Source: an uncultured Acidobacteriota bacterium (GTDB lineage: Bacteria; Acidobacteriota; Polarisedimenticolia; Polarisedimenticolales; JAIQFR01). From it: a stretch of DNA of 64,000 nucleotides. The first letter of the stretch is position 1. Each line of letters opens with the position of its first letter. Below the pieces are notes generated by a model. That model was given only the letters and a program-made list of their open reading frames with translations. It was not told where the DNA came from and did not search any database. This document shows, piece after piece, positions 35,545 through 44,263 of the stretch. The stretch lies in the NCBI GenBank assembly GCA_937864465.1, contig CALMJU010000044.1, positions 935-64,934 on the forward strand, in the 5' to 3' direction. The translations under genes and the position numbers were made by a program.

Positions 35545-37230
35545 GTGCCGACGAGGGGTCGTAACCGCATCGCAGGCCTCGCGATCTGCTGCCTGGTGCC
35601 GCTCGCTGCCGCGGCCTCGGGACGCTCGGCGACCGCCGAGGCCCCCCCGAGCCCGCGCGAGGTCCTTCGGGCCCAGGCGGTAGAGACGCTCGCCGGAGGC
35701 GAGCCCTCGCTCGCCTGCCTGACCCCGCTCCTGCAGACCCTGCGGCAGGATCCTTCCCGCGCCCCGGCGGCGACCCGAAAGGCCTTCTTCCAGCTGCAGT
35801 CCGAGCTCACGCTCCCGGGCGACCGCAGATTCGTGGGGCGCGACGGGACGGTCGTGCGCGACCCCTTCGAGGGCGCTTCCGGCCGCCCCTTCCCGCAAGG
35901 GGACGTGGGAGAGGAGACGGAGGCCATCGACGCGGTCCTGCTCGGGATCGCCGATGCGCGGAAGCTGCTCGGAGAGGAGATCGGCCTCCCCGCTCCCGCT
36001 CCGCTCGAAGTCGTGCTGGAGCGCCTGGGACCGGGCCTCGACGGGTACCTGCTGCCGACCCTGCGGCGGGACGGGCGCGCGATCGCCGTCCTCGACGCGA
36101 CCCCCGGCAAGGACCTTCCGGCGCTCCGCCGGGCCGCGGCACACCAGTATGCGCACGCGGTCGCGCTCGCCGCCGGTCCGGAATTGACCCCCGCGTTCGG
36201 AGAGGCGCTCGCCGCCTGGACGTCGCTCCGGCTGGCCGGAGGCCCCGACGCCGCGGCGGCCGTGACGCTCTCCGCGCGGCTCGGGCGGCTCGGAGAAGGG
36301 CTGGCCGTCGACGACCCGCGGCTCGCCGCCGGCAACGCCGCGTTCCTCGCCTTTCTCGACGAGGCCTACGGGCCGACCGCCGTCGGGTTGGCGGTGCAGG
36401 AACTCGCGACGGGAGCGCCGGTTCCCCTCGCCCTCGACCGGGCGATGCGGCGGGGAGCCGGCACGACCTTGGCCGACGCCTTCCGGAGCTACCAGATCTG
36501 GTGCCACTTCGTCGGCGAGCGGTCCGACGGCCTGCACTTCTCGTTCGCAGACCGGCTCGCCGCGCCGCCGATCCCGATGCGCTTCGACGGCCTGCCGGCC
36601 CTGTCCGTCCTCGAGGAGCCTCCCGTCGGTCCCCTGGGCGCCGCCTCGATCCTCCTGCACCCGGACCGCGAGGACGGCGGCATGATCGTCCGCGTCGAGG
36701 GCGACCCCTCGGGGAGCTGGGAGGCGGACCTGCTGCTCTTCGACGACGCGCGCCGCGCGCGCCGCGTTCCGATCGCCCTCGCGAGCGACGGGACCGGGGA
36801 GACCACGGTCCCGCTCCAGTCGGTCTCCGAGGCGGTGCTCTTCGTCCGCAACTTGGGTGCGGAGGACGGCGCGCCGCTCCGCTACTCCTGGTCGGCCTTC
36901 CTCGATCGCGCGTTCCCGTTCGAGGTCGGGACGGCAGGGGCCCGGCGGATCCCCGGAGGCGGCGTGCTCGTGTCGTGGGAGACGCTGTCGGAGCGTTCGC
37001 TGGTCGGCTTCCGCGTGCTGCGGCGGGAGGAGACGGCAGCGGGCTGGAGTCGCGTGAGCCCGGTCTGGATCCCCCCGATGGGGGACGGCGCCACGCCTGC
37101 GTCGTACGGCTTCATCGACGCGACCGCTCCCGAAGACGCCCCCCTCCTGTACCGGATCGAAGGGGTCACGTCCGACGGGCTGTCCGGCTTCTCCGACCCC
37201 TTCGCGATCGCGGCGCAGGAACGCCCTTAG
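35545..37230 (+). CDS. secreted hypothetical protein, possibly an MA-clan peptidase-like fold with a degenerate HExxH
   Basis: ORF 35473..37230. I prefer GTG 35545, just after GGGAGG, which gives (V)PTRGRNRIAGLAICCLVPLAAAASG as a signal peptide. Contains AAHQYAHAV (36142-36156). Confidence 0.6.
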   Translation: MPTRGRNRIAGLAICCLVPLAAAASGRSATAEAPPSPREVLRAQAVETLAGGEPSLACLTPLLQTLRQDPSRAPAATRKAFFQLQSELTLPGDRRFVGRDGTVVRDPFEGASGRPFPQGDVGEETEAIDAVLLGIADARKLLGEEIGLPAPAPLEVVLERLGPGLDGYLLPTLRRDGRAIAVLDATPGKDLPALRRAAAHQYAHAVALAAGPELTPAFGEALAAWTSLRLAGGPDAAAAVTLSARLGRLGEGLAVDDPRLAAGNAAFLAFLDEAYGPTAVGLAVQELATGAPVPLALDRAMRRGAGTTLADAFRSYQIWCHFVGERSDGLHFSFADRLAAPPIPMRFDGLPALSVLEEPPVGPLGAASILLHPDREDGGMIVRVEGDPSGSWEADLLLFDDARRARRVPIALASDGTGETTVPLQSVSEAVLFVRNLGAEDGAPLRYSWSAFLDRAFPFEVGTAGARRIPGGGVLVSWETLSERSLVGFRVLRREETAAGWSRVSPVWIPPMGDGATPASYGFIDATAPEDAPLLYRIEGVTSDGLSGFSDPFAIAAQERP

Positions 37231-37301
37231 CCGGCGCCGCCTCCTCGCGGCGCGGCCTTTCCCGGTTGTATAGTCGGGCGCGAGCCGCCGGAGGGAGAGC
37301 T

Positions 37302-39293
37302 TTGGACGATTTCTCGCCCGAGAGATCCTTCGAGGAAGGCGTCCGGCGCGCCGCGCGGGATGCGCTGGGCGTCGACCCGGCGGCGATCCCGCTGACCTGG
37401 CCTCCCTCCGCCTCGCACGGCGACCTCGCCACCCCCCTCTGCTTCGAGCTCGCGCGGGCGGCGCGGAAGCCGCCCCGCGCTCTCGCGGAGGCGCTCGTCG
37501 CCCGGTACGAGCCCGCGGGCGGCGTCGCACGGGTCGAGGTGGCGGGGGGCGGGTACGTCAACGCCTTCTTCGACCGGGATGCCTGCCTCTCGCGCTGGCT
37601 GCTCGGGCCGCCGGTCCCCGCCTCCCCCGCCGGCGGGCCCAAGACGATCGTCGAGCACACGAACATCAACCCGAACAAGGCGGCCCACATCGGGCACCTG
37701 CGGAACGCGGTCCTCGGCGACACGCTCGTCCGCTGCCTGAAGCGGCTCGGCGAGCGGGTCGAGGTCCAGAACTACATCGACGACACCGGCGTGCAGGTCG
37801 CGGACCTCGTCGTGGGCTTCCGCGTCCTCCGGAACGAGGAGATCGCCGACGTCCTCGACCGGTACTCCGAGGAGCGGCTTCACGAGCGGGGGGATCGGTT
37901 CGATTACGTGGCGTGGAACCTGTACGCGGAGGTCACGCGCTTCTTCGAGGAGGATTCCTCGCGCCTCTCGCACCGCTCCGACACCCTCCACGCGATGGAG
38001 CGGGGGGACAATCCCGTCGCGGACCTGGCGGCCCACCTGGCGCGGCGGATGGTGCGGCACCATCTCGCGACGATGGAACGGATCGGGGTGCGCTACGACG
38101 TCCTCCCGAGGGAGAGCGACATCCTGGCGATGCGGTTCTGGGAGGATGCGTTCCGCCAGCTCCGTGAGGCGGGAGCGGTCCGGAGGATCGAGGAGGGCAG
38201 GAACGCCGGTTGCTGGGTGATGGACCTCCCCGGCGTGGAGGAGGGCTCGGGAGAGGACCAGAAGATCATCGTGCGCTCGAACGGGACGGTGACCTACGTC
38301 GGCAAGGACATCGCGTACCAGCTGTGGAAGTTCGGCCTGCTCGCGAGAGACTTCCGCTACGAGCCGTTCGACTGGTCCCCCGGCCCGGCGATCTACGAGG
38401 TCTGGTCCACGACCCGAGGCCCGGACGCGTCTTCCCGTCCCGCGTTCGGGCGCGGCGATCGCGTCTACAACGTGATCGATGCGCGGCAGTCCTACCTGCA
38501 GCGGGTCGTCGCCCACGGGCTCCGGAGCCTCGGCCACGAGCGGGAAGCGGGCCGCTCGGTCCACTTCTCGTACGAGATGGTGGCGCTGACGCCGGCGGCC
38601 GTGGCCGCCCTCTTCCCGGACCACCCGCTCTCGGACGCCGAGCGGGCCAGGCCGTACCTCGAGATGTCGGGCCGCCGCGGCCTCGGGGTCCGAGCGGACG
38701 ACCTCGTGGACGCCCTGATCCGGCGGGCCGCGGACGAGGTGCGGAAGCGGAACCCCGGCCTCGACGGCGCGCGCGTGCAGGAGACCGCCCGGCGCATCGC
38801 GGTCGGCGCCCTCCGCTACTACATGCTCCGCTTCTCGCGCAACCGCGTGGTCGCCTTCGACCTCGACGATGCGCTGGCCTTCGAGGGGGAGACCGGCCCG
38901 TACCTCCAGTACTCGGTCGTTCGCGCGCGCAACATCCTCGCGAAGATGGAAGAGAGGCTCGGGGAGAGCGGGACCGGCGGAGGTCTCCCGCCTTCCGCCG
39001 GCTTCGGGACGCTCGAGCCGGGAACGGCCGACGAGCACTGGAACCTCGCGCTCCTGCTCTCGCGGGTCCCGGGCGTCCTGCGGCAGGCGGTCGACTCCCT
39101 CGAGCTTTCCGGGGTCGCGAAGCACGCGTACGTGCTCGCCCAGGCGTTCAACTCGTTCTACCACCGCTACCCCGTGGTCCAGGAGCCGGACGAGCGCCGC
39201 CGGGCCACCCGGGCGGCGCTCGCGCACCTGTACCACGACGGGATGGTCCGGCTGCTCGGCACCATGGGGATCGAGGTCCCGGACAGGATGTAG
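37302..39293 (+). CDS. argS: arginine--tRNA ligase
   Basis: Class I HIGH motif (NPNKAAHIGHLRNAVLGD). Body ...YIDDTGVQVADLV...; anticodon-binding C-terminus ...ALRYYMLRFSRN.....FD.D.AL.FEGETGPYLQY...R. Inferred TTG start at 37302 after GAGGGAG; it is the inner part of ORF 36501..39293. Confidence 0.9.
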   Translation: MDDFSPERSFEEGVRRAARDALGVDPAAIPLTWPPSASHGDLATPLCFELARAARKPPRALAEALVARYEPAGGVARVEVAGGGYVNAFFDRDACLSRWLLGPPVPASPAGGPKTIVEHTNINPNKAAHIGHLRNAVLGDTLVRCLKRLGERVEVQNYIDDTGVQVADLVVGFRVLRNEEIADVLDRYSEERLHERGDRFDYVAWNLYAEVTRFFEEDSSRLSHRSDTLHAMERGDNPVADLAAHLARRMVRHHLATMERIGVRYDVLPRESDILAMRFWEDAFRQLREAGAVRRIEEGRNAGCWVMDLPGVEEGSGEDQKIIVRSNGTVTYVGKDIAYQLWKFGLLARDFRYEPFDWSPGPAIYEVWSTTRGPDASSRPAFGRGDRVYNVIDARQSYLQRVVAHGLRSLGHEREAGRSVHFSYEMVALTPAAVAALFPDHPLSDAERARPYLEMSGRRGLGVRADDLVDALIRRAADEVRKRNPGLDGARVQETARRIAVGALRYYMLRFSRNRVVAFDLDDALAFEGETGPYLQYSVVRARNILAKMEERLGESGTGGGLPPSAGFGTLEPGTADEHWNLALLLSRVPGVLRQAVDSLELSGVAKHAYVLAQAFNSFYHRYPVVQEPDERRRATRAALAHLYHDGMVRLLGTMGIEVPDRM

Positions 39294-39316
39294 CCTCCGG
39301 AGAGGGAGGGGGTTCC

Positions 39317-40180
39317 GTGAACGTTCGCGTCGTCGCGTTCGGCCGGATCGACGACCGGCTCCGGGAGGAGCTCCGAGCCCTCGGAGACGCGGTGGAGGTC
39401 CGGATGGCGTCCGCGGAGGATGAGCCCGCCGAGCTGGTGGCGGCGCTCCGCCCCCACCTGATCGCCCTCGGCGAGGATCCCCCCGTCGATGCCGCGTCGC
39501 TCGCCGGGCTCGAGCCCCTCCTGGGGCCCGTGCCGATCCTGTCGGTGCGCGACGAGCCGGGTGCGGACGTCGTGCTGGGCGCCGACCTCCCGAGCCGCCC
39601 CCGTGCCCTCGCCACCGCGAGAAAGCTGGCGCGGCTGCGCGAAGGGCTGTGGAGCGCGAGGGAGGACGAGGCCGCGCGCCTGCTGCGGCGACTCGACCAC
39701 GAATTCGTCCGCGCGTCCCGCTACCGGCACCCGCTGGCCCTTGCCGTCGTGGGGGTCGACCGCATCGACGAGCTCGCGGGCCTCCACGGCGAGCGCGCGG
39801 TCGACGCCTTCCTGGACTCGCTCGCCGAGGCCGCGCGCCGAGGGGTCCGAGAGGTCGACGTCGTCTACCGGCCGGCCCGGGGCGAGGTCTGGGCGATCCT
39901 CCCGGAGACCGAGCCCTCCGGCGCCCGGTCGGTCGCGGAGCGTCTCCGGACGCTGTCGGGGAAGATCCTGTTCAAGCCGCCGGCGGGGACCTCCCGGCAT
40001 CCTCTCCCGCTCAAGGCCACCGCGAGCGTCGGGCTCGCCACCTGCCCGTCCGAGCGGGTCCGCTCGGGCGCGGAGCTCCTGTCCCACGCGCGGGCCGCGC
40101 TCGAGACCGCCCGCCTCGAGGGAGGCGACCGGGTCGTCTCGTCCCCCTCCGAGCGGCGGAGCGAAGAGGCGCCCGAGTAG
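39317..40180 (+). CDS. degenerate GGDEF-domain protein with a receiver-like N-terminus
   Basis: GTG 39317 after GGGAGGGGG. GGDEF-fold pattern RASRYRHPLALAVVGVDRIDEL.G.HGERAVDAFL....A.....REVDVVYRPARGEVWAILPET.....A...AERLR....., but the GG(D/E)EF position reads ARGEVW. Confidence 0.6.
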   Translation: MNVRVVAFGRIDDRLREELRALGDAVEVRMASAEDEPAELVAALRPHLIALGEDPPVDAASLAGLEPLLGPVPILSVRDEPGADVVLGADLPSRPRALATARKLARLREGLWSAREDEAARLLRRLDHEFVRASRYRHPLALAVVGVDRIDELAGLHGERAVDAFLDSLAEAARRGVREVDVVYRPARGEVWAILPETEPSGARSVAERLRTLSGKILFKPPAGTSRHPLPLKATASVGLATCPSERVRSGAELLSHARAALETARLEGGDRVVSSPSERRSEEAPE

Positions 40181-40290
40181 GGGCCCGCACGCGGGGAAAG
40201 AGCCGCACCGCCTCCCGAACGGGCCGCAGCGGCGTGGTATTCTTCTCGGGACGGCGTGTCGAACCGAACCGCGCCGGCTCCCGGGAGGCC

Positions 40291-42078
40291 ATGAAGAAGG
40301 CGCTCGCTTCGATCCTGGCCGCGCTGGCGCTCGGCTCCACGGCAACGGCCGTCGCGCCTCCCGTGCTCCCGTTCGACCAGGTCCGCCCCGGCATGAAGGG
40401 GATCGGCAAGACCGTGTTCTCGGGGACCGAGGTCCGCGAGTTCGAGGTCGAGATCCTCGGCACCCTGCCGAACGTCGGCCCGGGCCGGAACCTGATCCTG
40501 GGCCGCTGCTCGGGGGGACCGCTGGCCACCACCGGCGTGCTCGCCGGCATGAGCGGCAGCCCGGTGTTTGTGGACGGCAAGCTGGCGGGCGCCGTGGCCT
40601 TCAGCTGGGGCTTCTCCAAGGAAGCGATCGCCGGCATCACGCCGATCGAGGAGATGCTGTCCGCCGCGGCGCGCCTCGACGCGCCGGCCGCCCGCTCGAC
40701 GGGCGGGAAGAGCGGACCGTCAGGGTCGATCGACCGGCTCCGGTTCCCCGAGAGCCTGGAATCCTCGTTTCCCGACGCCCTGCTCGCCCTCCTGCCGTCT
40801 CCCTCGGAGCTGGCGCCGATCTCGGTGCCGGTCTCCTTGTCCGGGATCGGAGCGGAAGGCTTCCGGAAGATCGAGCCCTGGCTCTCCCGCGCCGGGTTCC
40901 TGCCCATGCAGGGGTCGGGCGCGGGGGCCGCGCCGTCCCCCTCGCCCGACCTCGTTCCCGGCTCCGCCATCGGGCTCAAGCTCGCCCGGGGGGACATCGA
41001 CATCACGGCGACCGGGACCGTCACCTGGGTGGACGGCGACCGCGTGCTCGCGTTCGGCCACCCTCTCTACGGTCTCGGTCCGGTCGATTTCCCGCTGACC
41101 GGCGCGCGCTCGGAGGCGCTGATCCCCAGCCTCCAGCAGTCCGCCCGCATCGCGGTTCCGCTCTCGGAGATCGGCGCGTTCCGGCAGGACCTCTCCTCCG
41201 GGATCTTCGGCAGGCTCGGCGCGACCCCGCGCATGATCCCGGTTCGCGTGCAGCTCCTCTCGCGCGAGGGCACGTCGGAGTCGTTCGCGTTCGACGTCGC
41301 TTCCGATCCGCTCCTCGCTCCCCTCCTGCTCTACGCCGGCCTGAACGGCATCCTCGCGAGCCGGGAGCGGACGCTGGGCGACGTCACGATCCGCGTGCGG
41401 CAAGGATCGGTCGTCCGGCTCGAGAACTCGGACGACATCGCGCTCGACAACCTCTGGGTCGGCCCCGAGGCTCCCTTCTACGCGACCGGCATCCCCGCAT
41501 ACGTTCTCCACCTCCTGCTCAACAACGAGTGGTCCCCCCCGGCAGTCTCGGGCGTCAATCTCATCCTCGAGTACGACGCGGAGCCGCGGTCGGGGCGGAT
41601 CCGCAGGGTCACGCTCGACCGGTACCACGCGCGCCCGGGAGACACCGTCGAGGCGACGATCGTCGTCGCGCCGTACCGGGGCGCGGATCGCGTCGTGCGG
41701 CGCGAGATCGCCATCCCTCCGGAGACCCCCCCCGGAAGGCTGCTCTTCTTCGTGGGAGACGCCGGGAGCCTCAACCGGGTCGGCGACGAGGGCGAGGACC
41801 TCGTGCCGAGGGATCTCGAGCAGCTGGTGCGCAGGATCAACACGCTCCGGCGCAACGACCGGATCCACGTGCTCGGCGTGCGGGAGGACGCGGGGATCCT
41901 GATGGGCGGCGAGCGGTTCCCCAGCTTGCCCCCGTCGGCGCTGAGCCTCCTGACGAGGCCGCGGAGCCAGGGCAACGTCGCGGTCGCCCAGCGCAGGGCG
42001 ATCCTGGAATCGGAGATCCCGGTGGAATTCGCGGTTTCGGGGTTCGCTCGCGTCCCGGTCGAGGTCGAAGGCCGATGA
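40291..42078 (+). CDS. secreted SpoIVB-like (S55) serine peptidase domain protein
   Basis: Signal peptide MKKALASILAALALGSTATAVA. MKGIGKTVFSGTEVREFEVEILG...; catalytic-Ser motif TTGVLAGMSGSPVFVDGKLAGAV. GGGAGG RBS. Confidence 0.7.
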   Translation: MKKALASILAALALGSTATAVAPPVLPFDQVRPGMKGIGKTVFSGTEVREFEVEILGTLPNVGPGRNLILGRCSGGPLATTGVLAGMSGSPVFVDGKLAGAVAFSWGFSKEAIAGITPIEEMLSAAARLDAPAARSTGGKSGPSGSIDRLRFPESLESSFPDALLALLPSPSELAPISVPVSLSGIGAEGFRKIEPWLSRAGFLPMQGSGAGAAPSPSPDLVPGSAIGLKLARGDIDITATGTVTWVDGDRVLAFGHPLYGLGPVDFPLTGARSEALIPSLQQSARIAVPLSEIGAFRQDLSSGIFGRLGATPRMIPVRVQLLSREGTSESFAFDVASDPLLAPLLLYAGLNGILASRERTLGDVTIRVRQGSVVRLENSDDIALDNLWVGPEAPFYATGIPAYVLHLLLNNEWSPPAVSGVNLILEYDAEPRSGRIRRVTLDRYHARPGDTVEATIVVAPYRGADRVVRREIAIPPETPPGRLLFFVGDAGSLNRVGDEGEDLVPRDLEQLVRRINTLRRNDRIHVLGVREDAGILMGGERFPSLPPSALSLLTRPRSQGNVAVAQRRAILESEIPVEFAVSGFARVPVEVEGR

Positions 42079-44231
42079 GGGGCGCGCCTCGGATCGGTCG
42101 GATCCGGGCCGCCTGCGCGGCGGCGGTCCTCGCGCTCGCGGCGCCGCCGGCGGGAGCGGTCGAGACGCGGAGCGCGGCGCTGGACGCCGCGGATCTGATG
42201 CGGGGCGACGCGGACGGCGTCGCGATCACGGCGCGCGGGAGCCTGCTGCCCGCCCCGCGACTGGCGAGGCTCGGTGCGGGAACCGACCCGGAGCGGCCGG
42301 CGCAGGTGTGGAGCGCGCTGCCCGACGGCGCCGGGGGGCTCTTCCTCGGCACCGGTCCGGACGGCGCGATCCTCAAGGTGTCGCCCTCGGGCGAGAGCCG
42401 CCTGCTCTTCCGGACGGGCGCGCCGCTCGTGACGGCGCTGGCGATCCTGGCGGGCGGCGACCTCCTCGCCGGCACGTCGCCGGGCGGGAGCATCTACCGC
42501 GTGCGTCCGGACGGCACCGGATCGGTGTGGTGCGAAACGGGGGAGCGCTACGTGTGGGCCCTCGCGGCGCTCCCGGACGGCACCGTGTTCGCGGGAACGG
42601 GGGACCGGGGGATCGTCCTGAAGATCGGCGCGGCCGGATCCGCGGAGCCGTTCTTCGACAGCGACGAGGCCCACATCCTGTCGCTCGCTCCCCTTCGCGG
42701 CGGCGGGCTCCTCGCGGGAAGCGCGGGCCGCGGCCTCGTGTTCCGGATCCACCCCGGAGGGCGCGCGGAGGTGTTGCACGACGACGAGCTCCCGGAGATC
42801 CGGGCGGTGGCGCCCGCCCCCGGCGGCGAGATCTACGCGGCGGCGCTCGGCGAGCCCGAGACCGAGCCGCGCCCGCCGGCGGTGCGCATCCGGGTCGCGG
42901 GAGGCGAGGAGGTCGGCGCGGCCCCCGACCTGGCCCCCGCGGAGGAGGACCGTCGCGGCCAGGTGCTCGAGGGGATCATCGAGGGGCTCCCGCCTGCGGC
43001 GGAGGAGGCGGGGCGCCGGCTCCGCGGGCGGGTCGTCCGGATCGCGCCGGACGGCACGGCGAGCGAGATCTGGCGGTCGACGACCGAGGCGCCGTACTGC
43101 CTGTTCGTGGACCGGAAGGGACGGGCGGTCTTCGGCGTCGGCGAGCCCGGGAGGCTGTACCGCGCCGAGGCCGCCGACGAGGTCGCTCTCCTCGCGACGC
43201 TCGCGGAGGGACAGGTGACGGCCGTCACGGAATCGGGACGGGACCTGGCGGTGGCGACGAGCAACCCCGCGACCGCCTACCGGCTCGATCGCGAGACGGC
43301 GAGCCCCGGCGTCTTCGTCTCCCCGCCGTTCGACGCCGGCGCGCTGTCGCGTTGGGGCGCGGTGCGCTGGCGGGTCGAGGGGCCTCCGGGCCGGATCGAG
43401 ATCTTCACTCGAACCGGCAACACCGCGGAGCCCGACGAGACGTGGTCGGCCTGGAGTCCGGCGATGACCGACCCGGACTCGAGCCGGGTCCCGAACCCCG
43501 ACGGTCGCTTCGTCCAGTGGCGCGCGCGCGTCGCGGGGAACGAGGACGCCGGCGTCCGCATCTCCGGGGTGACGATCCACTACACGCCGTACAACCGCCC
43601 CCCGGCCGTCCGGGGCCTGGTCCTCGATGCCCCGCGCCCCTCGGTCGCCGCGAAGGCGGCCTTCCGCTTCGAGGCGTCGGACGAGGACGGGGATCCCGTC
43701 GACGTCGAGGTGCGGTATCGCGCGGTGGGAGCGTCCTCGTGGGCCGCCGCGGCCAGGCTCGACGCGCTCCCGACGACCGCCTCGTTCCCCGGCGGTTCCG
43801 GACGGGAGTGGAAGGCGGGCAAGGTCGTGTGGGAGACGGCGGCCGTCGCCGAGGGAGCCTACGACGTCCGCGCCGTGGCGAGCGATCGCGCCGTCAATCC
43901 CGCCGGAGAAGGGCTCGAGGGGACCTGCGACCTGGCCTTCCGGGTCACCGTCGACCGGTCGCCGCCGATCCTGGAAGCGGCCCGCGGCGCCGACGGCGCG
44001 ATCGAGATCCGGGTCCGCGACACGCTCTCTCCCGTGAGCCGGGTCGAGGTGCTGCGGAACGGCAGGCCGGCGTTCCTCGCGAGGCCGACCGACGGCGTCT
44101 GCGACTCCCCCGAGGAGTCGTTCCGGATCGCGCCGGGAGATCTCGAGGCTGCGGGAGCGCTCGAATCCGCGACGCTCCGGGCGCTCGACGACGCGGGCAA
44201 CGTCGCGGAGAGGCCGATCCCGGCCCGGTGA
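42075..44231 (+). CDS. secreted beta-propeller-repeat protein with C-terminal Ig-like modules
   Basis: ATGA overlap with the S55 gene. Signal peptide (RIRAACAAAVLALAAPPAGA). Repeated blades of the form G(T/S).P.G.I(Y/L)(R/K)(V/I).P.G. Confidence 0.65.
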   Translation: MRGAPRIGRIRAACAAAVLALAAPPAGAVETRSAALDAADLMRGDADGVAITARGSLLPAPRLARLGAGTDPERPAQVWSALPDGAGGLFLGTGPDGAILKVSPSGESRLLFRTGAPLVTALAILAGGDLLAGTSPGGSIYRVRPDGTGSVWCETGERYVWALAALPDGTVFAGTGDRGIVLKIGAAGSAEPFFDSDEAHILSLAPLRGGGLLAGSAGRGLVFRIHPGGRAEVLHDDELPEIRAVAPAPGGEIYAAALGEPETEPRPPAVRIRVAGGEEVGAAPDLAPAEEDRRGQVLEGIIEGLPPAAEEAGRRLRGRVVRIAPDGTASEIWRSTTEAPYCLFVDRKGRAVFGVGEPGRLYRAEAADEVALLATLAEGQVTAVTESGRDLAVATSNPATAYRLDRETASPGVFVSPPFDAGALSRWGAVRWRVEGPPGRIEIFTRTGNTAEPDETWSAWSPAMTDPDSSRVPNPDGRFVQWRARVAGNEDAGVRISGVTIHYTPYNRPPAVRGLVLDAPRPSVAAKAAFRFEASDEDGDPVDVEVRYRAVGASSWAAAARLDALPTTASFPGGSGREWKAGKVVWETAAVAEGAYDVRAVASDRAVNPAGEGLEGTCDLAFRVTVDRSPPILEAARGADGAIEIRVRDTLSPVSRVEVLRNGRPAFLARPTDGVCDSPEESFRIAPGDLEAAGALESATLRALDDAGNVAERPIPAR

Positions 44232-44263
44232 GACGCCGGGCCGGCAGGGAGCGGGAGGTCCGG

